Source: Akkermansia muciniphila
Lineage (GTDB): Bacteria; Verrucomicrobiota; Verrucomicrobiia; Methylacidiphilales; CAMAQI01
Assembly (NCBI GenBank): GCA_945883905.1
Contig: CAMCYL010000002.1
Coordinates: 7,464-71,463 of the forward strand
Direction of reading: 5' to 3'
Length of the DNA: 64,000 bases
The translations under genes and the position numbers were made by a program. The notes beneath the pieces were generated by a model. That model saw only the letters and a list, made by a program, of their open reading frames with translations, searched no databases and was not told the origin of the DNA. Positions within the stretch are counted from its first letter, which is position 1, and the number at the start of each line of letters is the position of its first letter. This document shows, one piece after another, positions 30,607 to 39,853 of this stretch.

Positions 30607-32558
30607 AAATGAATCGGATTAAAATCAAATCGAACCTGACGAACCATAAACGCCCCAAAGCGAGCCGGCAGTCGCAACACCCCCTCTCCAACGCGTAAGC
30701 TAACAAAATGATCCGAGGAATATCGCAGGCTCCGTTCATAACTCGTCGAATAAGATCTCGCCCCCCATTTCTTCTGCGAATCCATCCAATGTTCAGTGGC
30801 TCCCTGATTCTGATTTAATCTCACTTTAATTTCTGATCCGAGTGCTCGTGATGCGTAATCATTGGTCTTCGGATCATCATTTCTTAAAAAAATCTTGATT
30901 CCGCAATTTTGGAGAAGCGTCTCAACCTCCATCTCTGGAATTTTACGCAATAAACTTGGAACTCCCTGCATCGCTAAAATACAACTACAACGATACTCCC
31001 TTACTTTATCGAGAAAACTCGCCTCCCCCGTTTGATCTCCTGATGTTGCAATGGTTCCAAATTCATCACATAAATAAATTAGATCTCTCTCTTGATTCAC
31101 AAGCCGATTTTCCTGAATATCGATTAATCGAGGTCGATTTAAAGTCATCCTAAAAAAGTCGATCTTTAATACTAAAGAGACGAATCGTTGAGCGACTCCA
31201 TATTGAGCCGAAGGCATATCTAATACAACAAGATCCCCCGCATCGATGACTTTTCTAAAGTTAAAAGTTCCCTCGGGAGCAAACATTCGATTCAAGGGGG
31301 CCGTCACAAATGGCATCAATGCATTTGAAACGACCATCGCAATGGAAGCGGAGGTCTTTTCATTTACAGGATTAAAATATTCATTTTTAAAATAATTATA
31401 AATCCAATCCGACTCCAAACTCTCCCCCCGTTTTTTTAATAAATCGACATATTGATCTAACAACTTCGTCAGGGTCCCACTCTCCTTTTTCTCAGATAAC
31501 GACTGTGCGAGCTTCCTCCAAACAAATTGGATCTCCTCAACTTGCTCAAAGAGTAATGTTTTTTTTCTCCTCAAACGCTGCCCCGCCTCTAAAGGAAGCA
31601 GACGTAAAGTTCGAGACCAACTCTCTCTCGTTGAATCCAGTTCATTCAAAATCCATTTTCCCCCATGATTGTCAAATCCTTGTGAATGATCCCCTTGCAT
31701 CTTCCTTATTTTTGTTTGAATCAATAATAACTGCTCCCTGAGATTTCTTGACTCATCCTCTTCGAATTGTACCCCCTCCCACTCTTCTTGAATCTCCTCT
31801 AATACCCTCCGTATCGACCGAAAGCTCTCCCGAATCTGACGAAATTGTTCCATCACCTCCATTTCACTGGAATCATTTTGATGCCGATCCAAACAGAGTA
31901 AATTTAAATATGGAAAGGAGATCGCAGGAATAGGAACCCCTGCTTTTAAAAGATGATCGTGAAGAATAAAAACGCTCGTCATCCACTTTTGGGAGGCCTG
32001 ACTCCAAAAAGGATCTCCCCCCTCCTTACCCGAGTTCGCCGCCTTTATTAACTCGTTAATCTTATGGGCTTTTTGCAGAGGGAGCTCATCAGGATCACCA
32101 AACGGATCGTAAACAGATTCTGGATGCTCTGGACCAAAATAAACGATCGATTCCTCTCTTTGATAGCGTTGGGCGAGTCTCTGAGTTTTGGGGGTGAAAT
32201 CCCCTTTTGCCTCAATGACCAATCCCCCGACTTGTGCCCGCTGCCGGATCGATCTCTCTGAATGAAATCCGGCACGAAAAACAAGCCCTTCATAAATCTG
32301 AAGAAGAACGGTCGATGTTTTTCCGGAACCTGATCCCCCTGTAATTAATAAATGCTCATTGAAATCTTTCCATGAAAGCTCAAGCGAATCCTCGACACTT
32401 CCCCCGTTCTCTTGTTGAAAACGAAACTTAAAACCTCCGACTTTTTCTTGAAAATCCGGGCTCTCGCTCTTTTTTTTGCTTAAATCTTTATTTGCTTTCC
32501 GAAGAAATAACCAATCTCTCATTCCCTTTCCTTGGGAGAGAGAGCCGCCAGTCGTCAA
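30603..32558 (-). CDS. VirD4/TraG/TraD-like (type IV coupling protein family) P-loop ATPase, soluble, orphan
   Basis: 651 aa. Walker A is LLITGGSGSGKTSTVLL and Walker B is LIYLCDEFGTIA. Downstream come REYRCSCILAMQGVPSL and CGIKIFLRNDDPKTNDYASRALG, which follow the T4CP C-terminal pattern. A long helical insertion separates the motifs. No N-terminal TM segment. Confidence 0.65.
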   Translation of the reverse strand: MTTGGSLSQGKGMRDWLFLRKANKDLSKKKSESPDFQEKVGGFKFRFQQENGGSVEDSLELSWKDFNEHLLITGGSGSGKTSTVLLQIYEGLVFRAGFHSERSIRQRAQVGGLVIEAKGDFTPKTQRLAQRYQREESIVYFGPEHPESVYDPFGDPDELPLQKAHKINELIKAANSGKEGGDPFWSQASQKWMTSVFILHDHLLKAGVPIPAISFPYLNLLCLDRHQNDSSEMEVMEQFRQIRESFRSIRRVLEEIQEEWEGVQFEEDESRNLREQLLLIQTKIRKMQGDHSQGFDNHGGKWILNELDSTRESWSRTLRLLPLEAGQRLRRKKTLLFEQVEEIQFVWRKLAQSLSEKKESGTLTKLLDQYVDLLKKRGESLESDWIYNYFKNEYFNPVNEKTSASIAMVVSNALMPFVTAPLNRMFAPEGTFNFRKVIDAGDLVVLDMPSAQYGVAQRFVSLVLKIDFFRMTLNRPRLIDIQENRLVNQERDLIYLCDEFGTIATSGDQTGEASFLDKVREYRCSCILAMQGVPSLLRKIPEMEVETLLQNCGIKIFLRNDDPKTNDYASRALGSEIKVRLNQNQGATEHWMDSQKKWGARSYSTSYERSLRYSSDHFVSLRVGEGVLRLPARFGAFMVRQVRFDFNPIHL

Positions 32559-33400
32559 GGCTCAATAAAGATACGCTCCACTTCCAAAAACTGCCGATCA
32601 ATCTCCTCACAAAGTTTCGGAAGAATTTCCACATCAAGCCCTAATTGTGTCCAAGCACTCTCCTCAAAAGGAGGTGGAATATCCTCTCCAGAACTTCCAA
32701 TCCCCATCGCATGAACTAATAAATTAGCCACATGCACTACCGATAATTCAATGGGACCGGATTGAATTTTCTTAAAATTATGATGCCCTCTCACAATATC
32801 AATTAATTTTTGGGGCATTTTCCATTCATTCAAAATCAAAGCCCCGACTTCAGTATGATCGTAGCCCAAATGCTGCCGCTCAACCTCATCCATGGCTCTC
32901 CCGCTGGCAATCACCTCTTTTAAAATTGTCTCAAATAAATCAGGAAGATTCATCGCAATCGTTATTTTTCCGATATCATGAACCAATCCCATGATAAAAT
33001 ATTGTTCGATATTTTTTTGATTTCTAAATTGAGCCAGCGAACGTGCGGCAATGCCACAAGCAATATTATGCCTCCAAAAATGATCTAAAAAATGGGGATC
33101 AACCTTATTTTTTGGAAAAAGTGGAATTAAAACCGTCCCAAAACAGAGATCTCGAACTTGCTTTAATCCGATCAATCGGACCGATTCACTCAAACTATTG
33201 ATCTGCTGGGGAAAACCGTAAAAACTACTATTCGCCAAACGAAGCAATCGAACGGTTAAGCTAGGATCCTCTCCTATAATCTCAACAATCGACTCCATAT
33301 TTGCATCGGGATCATTAACAACTCGTTGAATATGATGATAAACCATCGGCAACGAGGGAAGCGCTCCGGAATTTTTTAAAAGAATTTCAAGATCTTTCAT
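32555..33400 (-). CDS. HDOD-domain signalling protein
   Basis: 281 aa. The sequences LPSLPMVYHHIQRVVNDPDANMESIVEIIGEDPSLTVRLLRLANSSFYG and GLVHDIGK...HLGYDHTEVGALIL are the classical HDOD pattern. Confidence 0.85.
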   Translation of the reverse strand: MKDLEILLKNSGALPSLPMVYHHIQRVVNDPDANMESIVEIIGEDPSLTVRLLRLANSSFYGFPQQINSLSESVRLIGLKQVRDLCFGTVLIPLFPKNKVDPHFLDHFWRHNIACGIAARSLAQFRNQKNIEQYFIMGLVHDIGKITIAMNLPDLFETILKEVIASGRAMDEVERQHLGYDHTEVGALILNEWKMPQKLIDIVRGHHNFKKIQSGPIELSVVHVANLLVHAMGIGSSGEDIPPPFEESAWTQLGLDVEILPKLCEEIDRQFLEVERIFIEP

Positions 33401-33743
33401 GACTCACGAGTCTTGTCTGTTTTGATTTCGATAAACGCTCAACACAGCATTTAAATAACGATTCGATCATCTTGGATTGAAGATTTAAATTTTTAAAACG
33501 ATCCTTCACTTTGTCGACCCATTGGGGATCAACCCCCTTCATCGGATCTTCGTTTTTTTCATCCTCTTCCGAAACAACCACATTAATGACTCCAAAAGAT
33601 TTAAAAACTTCCAATAAACGCGCGTTCACCAGTTGCTCCTTTTTGGCCAATACAATACCCTTGGAGGATTCCACATCCGCCCCAAGCCTTAATCCCAGCT
33701 TTAAATCCTTCAGGTTAATTGACTTTAAACTCATTAATATCAA
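33387..33743 (-). CDS. Small hypothetical protein (N-terminus reminiscent of the DUF3391-type region found ahead of HD-GYP domains)
   Basis: 118 aa. SINLKDLKLGLRLGADVESSKGIVLAKKEQLVNARLLEVFKSFGVINVVV gives only a weak resemblance. 14-nt overlap with the HDOD gene. Confidence 0.35.
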   Translation of the reverse strand: MILMSLKSINLKDLKLGLRLGADVESSKGIVLAKKEQLVNARLLEVFKSFGVINVVVSEEDEKNEDPMKGVDPQWVDKVKDRFKNLNLQSKMIESLFKCCVERLSKSKQTRLVSHERS

Positions 33744-33852
33744 TTAGATACCTATATTTTTATTTAAAAAAAGTTAAAAATTATTAAATTTTAAAATAAT
33801 CTCCTTTCTTCAATTATATTGTTCAGCGTCCAGAAAGTGATTTAATGAAAAC

Positions 33853-35166
33853 ATGGCATTAAATCCCCTCGACAACGCCACTCTCTTTATCCCTCAAGAG
33901 CCGAACTCGGCAGAAAAACTCGATATTCAAACCCCCATGATTGAAGGGTTGATTATGCGACTGCTCTACACTCGTTCCGTTCTCCAAGGGCACGAAATCG
34001 CAACCACGATATGTCTCCCTTTTTTTGGCATTCTCGAACCGATCATTGAAGCCCTCAAAGAACAAAAAATGATCGAGGTGATCAAAGGGGAAAGAAGCTC
34101 AATTACTTATACCTACGGGATCACGGACCTTGGTCGAGAACGCGCCGTTCAATATTTTGAACAAACGACTTATATTGGTCCGGCTCCGATCTCACTCGAC
34201 TCTTATCGAAAAGCGATTCATGAGCAAAGCATTCATCGTATTAGCATCAATGCCGAAAAACTTCTTGAAGCCTTTGAAGGGCTTATTTTTGAATCTGAAA
34301 TCTTGAATCAAGTCGGACCCGCAGTAAATTCCGGGCGCTCCATATTTCTCTATGGTCCTCCCGGAAATGGAAAAACATCTATTTGCGAACGTATTGTCGC
34401 CTCACTCGGTGGCGCAATCTTTATTCCCTTTGCTATTGAGGCTCAAGGCCAAATCATCAAACTTTACGACGAATACAATCATCAAGCCGTTCAAGAAAAT
34501 GATGATATTCGCTTACAATCCAAATACGATCCCCGCTATAAACTAATTCGACGCCCGATGATTATCGTTGGGGGTGAATTAACCTTAAATACCCTCGACC
34601 TCATTTGGAACCCCGATTCACGTTATTACGAAGCCCCCCTTCAACTTAAATCGAATGGAGGTGCCTTTATGATCGACGATTTTGGACGACAAAGAATCGA
34701 GCCGAAAGTGCTCCTCAATCGTTGGATCGTTCCCCTTGAAAAAAGAGTCGACTATCTCACCACCCATACTGGAACAAAAATCGATGTCCCGTTTGATGAA
34801 CTCATCGTTTTTTCAACCAATTTAAATCCGAATGAATTAGTTGATGAAGCTTTTTTAAGACGTATTCGTTATAAAATCGGCATTCATAATCCAACCCCTG
34901 AAAATTTTATTAAAATATGGGAGCTCGTGAGCGCCGGGAAAAAAGTCCCCTTTGATCACTCTGTTCCAGAATATTTCATTCAAAAACATATGATCGAAAA
35001 AAATCGCCCCCTCCGTGGCTGTATCCCTCGCGATATTATCGACTATATCATTGATGTTTGTCGCTTTAAACAAATTGAGCCGACAATGAGCGCAGAACTC
35101 CTTGATGAAGCGGCAGAGGCCTACTTTGTGACCTTTAAAAGCACCGACTACGTCATGGCTAAATAG
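33853..35166 (+). CDS. AAA+ ATPase with an N-terminal winged-helix-like region
   Basis: 437 aa. Walker A is IFLYGPPGNGKTSI and Walker B is GAFMIDDFGRQ. Also has NRWIVPLEKRVDYL...VFSTNLNPNELVDEAFLRRIRYKI, a sensor / arginine-finger-like sequence. Confidence 0.75.
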   Translation: MALNPLDNATLFIPQEPNSAEKLDIQTPMIEGLIMRLLYTRSVLQGHEIATTICLPFFGILEPIIEALKEQKMIEVIKGERSSITYTYGITDLGRERAVQYFEQTTYIGPAPISLDSYRKAIHEQSIHRISINAEKLLEAFEGLIFESEILNQVGPAVNSGRSIFLYGPPGNGKTSICERIVASLGGAIFIPFAIEAQGQIIKLYDEYNHQAVQENDDIRLQSKYDPRYKLIRRPMIIVGGELTLNTLDLIWNPDSRYYEAPLQLKSNGGAFMIDDFGRQRIEPKVLLNRWIVPLEKRVDYLTTHTGTKIDVPFDELIVFSTNLNPNELVDEAFLRRIRYKIGIHNPTPENFIKIWELVSAGKKVPFDHSVPEYFIQKHMIEKNRPLRGCIPRDIIDYIIDVCRFKQIEPTMSAELLDEAAEAYFVTFKSTDYVMAK

Positions 35167-35333
35167 AGTCTGTCCTAACGGAACATTAGCCACGCTCGCT
35201 CTACTCCCCTTTTCCTTCCACAGTCAACTGACGGATCGGGGTTAAAACACCGCCAACTCCGGAACCATTCGGAAGAAGAAATCGGCCTCACTCCGAAAGC
35301 TTTTGGAGTTCTGAGATGAGGCAAAATTTGGAT

Positions 35334-35765
35334 TTAACCTAAAATCAATAGGTTAAACTTTGTCGGAAATTTCTCGAAGCCTTGGTCCAGAGTGACAAGT
35401 CGAACCCGAGCGACTTCAGCCAGCGTCGCTAGATAGGCATCGGTCCAATCGCTCGGAGAAATATTCCAAGTCCTTGCATGATTTTCCCAGAGACTTTCAA
35501 AATGGTCCTGCTCATGAATCCAAAAAACGCCGAGACTTTTCTCCATTTTTCTGAGATAAAGAAAAGCCTCCGCAGTCTTCATCGTTTTTTTTCCCATCAC
35601 CTTGGAGTTCGTCAGGAGTCGAAGCACTCCAAGCTGAGTAATTCGACAAAAAGCGGGCCTTTCCGGGAAATCCAACACCTTTCTCGCTTTTTCATGTTGT
35701 GGATGATCTTCGAGAATGAGGGAGATCCAGACATTCACATCATATAGATCGACCGAAGCGCTCAT
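35334..35765 (-). CDS. vapC: PIN-domain toxin (VapC-like)
   Basis: Starting at MSASVDLYDVNVWISL gives 143 aa. The conserved acidic positions (D near the N-terminus, and TDAYLATLAEVARVRLVTLDQGF) fit PIN. The track ORF starts 18 nt further upstream. Confidence 0.7.
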   Translation of the reverse strand: MSASVDLYDVNVWISLILEDHPQHEKARKVLDFPERPAFCRITQLGVLRLLTNSKVMGKKTMKTAEAFLYLRKMEKSLGVFWIHEQDHFESLWENHARTWNISPSDWTDAYLATLAEVARVRLVTLDQGFEKFPTKFNLLILG

Positions 35766-36000
35766 GATCCCCTTCCATTTCAAGCTTTTTAACGAGTTCT
35801 GGTGTGAGTTGACTCAAAAGCACCCCATTTGCCCCAGAGATCGTAGGAAAATCCCTAGCCTTCTGCTTGGACTCAGAAGACACCCTCATGCCGTTCGTCA
35901 CTAATTGCAAAAACTCCTCTTTCAATGATCTGCGCTGACGAACCGCACGTGATTTGATTTCCTGAAAGAGATCGTCTGGGAGATCAATCGTCGTTCGCAT
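35740..36000 (-). CDS. vapB: Antitoxin (VapB-like)
   Basis: Starting at MRTTIDLPDDLFQEIKSRAV, a typical antitoxin N-terminus, gives 86 aa. Its 3' end overlaps the vapC start. Confidence 0.55.
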   Translation of the reverse strand: MRTTIDLPDDLFQEIKSRAVRQRRSLKEEFLQLVTNGMRVSSESKQKARDFPTISGANGVLLSQLTPELVKKLEMEGDHERFGRSI

Positions 36001-36119
36001 AAACGCATTTTTACACTTTACCATCAAATTTCAAGGAAAATGTGTATGCGTCAAGCTTGTATTTGATGCGCGAGTTGCAAAATTTTGGTTTATAAGAAAA
36101 GTCACTCCAATCCCAGCGA

Positions 36120-36833
36120 TCACTCCCCTAAATAAGCTCTTCGAACCTCATCGCTTTCGAGAAGATTCTTTCCTGTATCCGAATGAACAATAGTTCCTGT
36201 GACCATGACATATCCGCGATGGGCAATCTTCAATGCCTGACGGGCATTCTGTTCAATCAGTAAAATCGGCACCCCCGAACGATTGATCTTCAAAAGAATC
36301 TCAAAAATCTTCTCCACGATTAAAGGCGCTAAACCTAAAGAAGGCTCATCTAACATTAATAACTTCGGCTCACTCATCAACGAACGACCAATCGCCAACA
36401 TCTGTTGCTCACCCCCACTTAAAGTCCCCCCCAGTTGACTTTTCCTTTCGGCAAGTTTTGGAAAATAATCAAAGATCTGCTCCACTTTTTCCCCCTCTCT
36501 TCGAGAGTCTAAAAGATAGGCTCCTATCTTTAAATTCTCCTCTACTGACATCAAAGGAAAAATCCGCCGTGCCTCAGGACACAATACAATCCCTCGAGCC
36601 AAAACTCCATCGGGTGTCCCTTCATTCAAATGAGTTCCTTGCCAAATAATTTTCCCTTTTTGAGGACGAATGATCGACATAATCAAGGAAAGAGTCGTCG
36701 TCTTTCCCGCTCCATTCCCCCCCAAAAGAGTCACAATTTCACCCGAATAAACCTCTAAACTGACTCCTTTTAAAACCTCCGAAGCCCCATAGCCCCCATG
36801 AAGATCTTTCAACTCAAGCAACGGAACACTCAT
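36120..36833 (-). CDS. livF: Branched-chain amino acid ABC transporter ATP-binding protein LivF
   Basis: 237 aa with GGNGAGKTT, LSGGEQQMLAIGRSL, LLMLDEPSLGLAP and a C-terminal VRRAYLG. Confidence 0.9.
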   Translation of the reverse strand: MSVPLLELKDLHGGYGASEVLKGVSLEVYSGEIVTLLGGNGAGKTTTLSLIMSIIRPQKGKIIWQGTHLNEGTPDGVLARGIVLCPEARRIFPLMSVEENLKIGAYLLDSRREGEKVEQIFDYFPKLAERKSQLGGTLSGGEQQMLAIGRSLMSEPKLLMLDEPSLGLAPLIVEKIFEILLKINRSGVPILLIEQNARQALKIAHRGYVMVTGTIVHSDTGKNLLESDEVRRAYLGE

Positions 36834-37615
36834 AAGTCCGCTCCTCTTTCTTTTTCTCCCCCTAAATAGGCCTCAATCACCCGAGGATGATTTTGAATCT
36901 CCAACGGAGTTCCCACCGCAAGCTCCTCTCCATGATCTAAAACTAAAATTCGATCTGAAATATCCATCACCACCTTCATATGATGCTCAATTAAAATCAC
37001 CGTAATTCCCAACTTTTTAATTTTTGAAATCAACTCAATCATTCCCGCAATCTCGCTCGGATTCATCCCCGCCCCCGGTTCATCCAATAAAATAACTTGA
37101 GGATCGGTTGCTAACGCACGAGCAATCTCCAGTCGTCGCTGATTTCCATAAGATAAATGACCCGCCTTCGTTCTTCCCTCTGCCTCTATCCCCACAAATG
37201 ACAACCACTTCATCGCCCTCTCTCTAGCTAAATGCTGATAAGTACGATGAGCCACCGTTCGAAATAAGATTCCAAAAAAAGTCGTTTGATGATGATTGCT
37301 ATCGCCCACTAAAATATTATCTAAAAGACTCAGATGATCAAAAAGCCGTATATTTTGAAAAGTTCGAGCCATTCCTAATCGACAAATCTGATACGGTTTC
37401 TGACCCACAATGGACTTTCCTCCTAAAAAAATAGCTCCCTCATCCGGTCGATAAAATCCTGAAAGACAGTTAAACAACGTGGTCTTTCCAGCCCCATTCG
37501 GCCCGATGACACTCAAAATTTCCCCCTCAAAAAGTTGAAAAAAAATTCGATCAATCGCCCGCAATCCTCCAAATCCCTTCCCCACATTTTGAACATCTAA
37601 AACTAACCTCTTCAT
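36830..37615 (-). CDS. livG: Branched-chain amino acid ABC transporter ATP-binding protein LivG
   Basis: 261 aa with GPNGAGKTTLFNCLSGFYRPDEG, LSYGNQRRLEIARAL, LLDEPGAGMNP and a C-terminal VIEAYLG. Confidence 0.9.
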   Translation of the reverse strand: MKRLVLDVQNVGKGFGGLRAIDRIFFQLFEGEILSVIGPNGAGKTTLFNCLSGFYRPDEGAIFLGGKSIVGQKPYQICRLGMARTFQNIRLFDHLSLLDNILVGDSNHHQTTFFGILFRTVAHRTYQHLARERAMKWLSFVGIEAEGRTKAGHLSYGNQRRLEIARALATDPQVILLDEPGAGMNPSEIAGMIELISKIKKLGITVILIEHHMKVVMDISDRILVLDHGEELAVGTPLEIQNHPRVIEAYLGGEKERGADL

Positions 37616-38811
37616 ACCCGATCCTTTGATCCCAAGAGCCCTTGAGGACGAACCAACATCATCACCACCATAATCATTCCAAAAAGAAGTAAACGATATT
37701 CGGAGATCGCCGGAATATAATCACGCAAAATAGTCGGAATATAATAAAGTAAAAAGCTCCCTAACAAGGCTCCAGGAATACTTCCCAAACCTCCTAAAAT
37801 AACCATCGCAAGAATTAAAACAGAGATCTCAAAAGCACTTGATTCAGGATTCAAAAATCCGGTATGAGCCGTATAAAGCACTCCCGCGACAGCCGCAAAA
37901 ACAGCACTTAATGAAAAGGCAAATAACTTCATTTTAACCACAGGAATCCCCATCGCCTCAGCGGCAATCTCATTCTCCCGAATCGCGGTCCACGCACGAC
38001 CCAAAGGAGAGTAGTACAATCGATGTAAAATCATCACGACTAAAAAAACCGCCAATAATACCCATAAATAAACGCTCGATATAACGCCTAATCCCAAGAT
38101 CTTTCCCACCTTTGAAACGGAGGCGATACTAATTCCAATATCCCCTCCAGTAATTGACGGTAAATTACGAACGAGCTCTCGAAAGGACTCTGCAAAACCC
38201 AAAGTCACAATCGCTAAATAATCCCCTCTCAATCTCAAACAAGGAAGTCCCACCATCCATCCCATTGACCCTCCCACTAAACAAGCCACTGGAATTGCCA
38301 TCCACCAGGTAAAACCGGGAATCCATTGCTGCAAGATTGCAAAAACATATCCCCCTAATGAAAAAAATCCGGCATATCCTAAAACCAAAAGCCCCGTCAT
38401 CCCGATCGTGATATTTAGTCCCAATGCTAAAATCATATAAATTCCGACCATGATTAAAACATTCAATGTTTTTGGCCCTGCGATCCAAGAAATACTCGCC
38501 AATAATAAAAAAAGTGTCATCGAATAATACTTTTTTTTCCGAGCTCTTTTATAGAGACTATAAATCGAACTTAACTTCTTTTGAGTAAAACCGTTTCCCT
38601 TTAAAAAAAGCGAGATCAAATAAAGAAGAAACCCTCCTAACAAAATCGGCGTTAACCCTGTAAAAAATAATTTTGCTCGATTGAAATCAATTTTCGCACT
38701 CAGGAACCCTGAAAGAGGCTCATAAGAAAGCTTAAGCCAAATAAAGGGATAGGTCATCGCGACGACTAATAAAATAAGTAAAAACGTCGATAGTAAAGGA
38801 GCTCGCTTCAT
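37612..38811 (-). CDS. livM: Branched-chain amino acid ABC transporter permease LivM
   Basis: 399-aa polytopic protein with GYAGFFSLGGYVFA and LRLRGDYLAIVTLGFAE motifs. Sits in the livH-livM-livG-livF order with 4-nt overlaps. Confidence 0.85.
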   Translation of the reverse strand: MKRAPLLSTFLLILLVVAMTYPFIWLKLSYEPLSGFLSAKIDFNRAKLFFTGLTPILLGGFLLYLISLFLKGNGFTQKKLSSIYSLYKRARKKKYYSMTLFLLLASISWIAGPKTLNVLIMVGIYMILALGLNITIGMTGLLVLGYAGFFSLGGYVFAILQQWIPGFTWWMAIPVACLVGGSMGWMVGLPCLRLRGDYLAIVTLGFAESFRELVRNLPSITGGDIGISIASVSKVGKILGLGVISSVYLWVLLAVFLVVMILHRLYYSPLGRAWTAIRENEIAAEAMGIPVVKMKLFAFSLSAVFAAVAGVLYTAHTGFLNPESSAFEISVLILAMVILGGLGSIPGALLGSFLLYYIPTILRDYIPAISEYRLLLFGMIMVVMMLVRPQGLLGSKDRV

Positions 38812-39716
38812 ACCTTATGCGCCGTCCTCTCCCCCAACAAACCACGGGGCCTCACCAATAACACCACCATCAATATCATAAAGGTCGTGAGATTCTTCCA
38901 ATCACTCCCAACCCCATAGCTTGTTAAATCCTCTGTAAGCCCAAGAATGAATCCCCCTAAAACCGCCCCCGGAATATTTCCAATCCCCCCCAAAACAGCG
39001 GCCGTAAAGGCCTTTAATCCCATTAAATAACCAGAATCAAATCGAGCGATTCCCTGATACATCGAAACCATTGCCCCTGCAATCGCCGCTAATGCCGATC
39101 CCACCACAAAAGTCGTCGTAATCGTTTTATTCACCGATATCCCCACCAACTGCGCCATCGTCCGATCCTGCGCAACGGCTCTCATCGCTAAACCTAATTT
39201 CGTCCGATGAATCACCCAAAATAAAATCCCCATCACGAGAAATGAAGCCCCTAAAATCAAAAGTTGAAGATAAGAAATCGATAATCCAGCACAAACCTCC
39301 CATTGATTCTCTGAAAAAAAACGACTCTGCGCTTGTGGAAAATCAATTTTATCCTTCGTCACACTCAACATAATAAAGTTCTGTAAAACGATCGATAAAC
39401 CAATCGCACTTGTTAAGGGAGCCATAATATGAGCCCCTCGAAGTCGACGATAAGCAATCCGTTCATTCGAATAACCAAAGGCCGAGGCAATAACAATCGC
39501 TAAGGTAACCCCAAGACAAAGCGAAAGAACAATCGAACCCGGAAGTAATGTACTCGCAATTCCGATTCCAAAAACAGTCGCAAACATTCCTATCATAAAA
39601 ACTTCACCATGAGCAAAATTAATCATCCCTAAAATCCCATAAACCATGGTGTAGCCTAAGGCCACAAGGGCATAACAGGCCCCTCGAACAAGTCCATTGA
39701 GAATAACTTCCATCAT
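38808..39716 (-). CDS. livH: Branched-chain amino acid ABC transporter permease LivH
   Basis: 302 aa. The N-terminus LNGLVRGACYALVALGYTMVYGILGMINFAHGEVFMIG is canonical LivH. Confidence 0.9.
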   Translation of the reverse strand: MMEVILNGLVRGACYALVALGYTMVYGILGMINFAHGEVFMIGMFATVFGIGIASTLLPGSIVLSLCLGVTLAIVIASAFGYSNERIAYRRLRGAHIMAPLTSAIGLSIVLQNFIMLSVTKDKIDFPQAQSRFFSENQWEVCAGLSISYLQLLILGASFLVMGILFWVIHRTKLGLAMRAVAQDRTMAQLVGISVNKTITTTFVVGSALAAIAGAMVSMYQGIARFDSGYLMGLKAFTAAVLGGIGNIPGAVLGGFILGLTEDLTSYGVGSDWKNLTTFMILMVVLLVRPRGLLGERTAHKV

Positions 39717-39853
39717 AATGCTTCGCTGAAAAATTTAACGAATCATGAATGAGATAAAAGAAAAAACAGAAATTATTAATCCCAGATTCGTCATGAGGAA
39801 CGTAGAAACCACAAAATAGTCACCATTTTGCGAAAGATTACAAGAGCGAGGGA

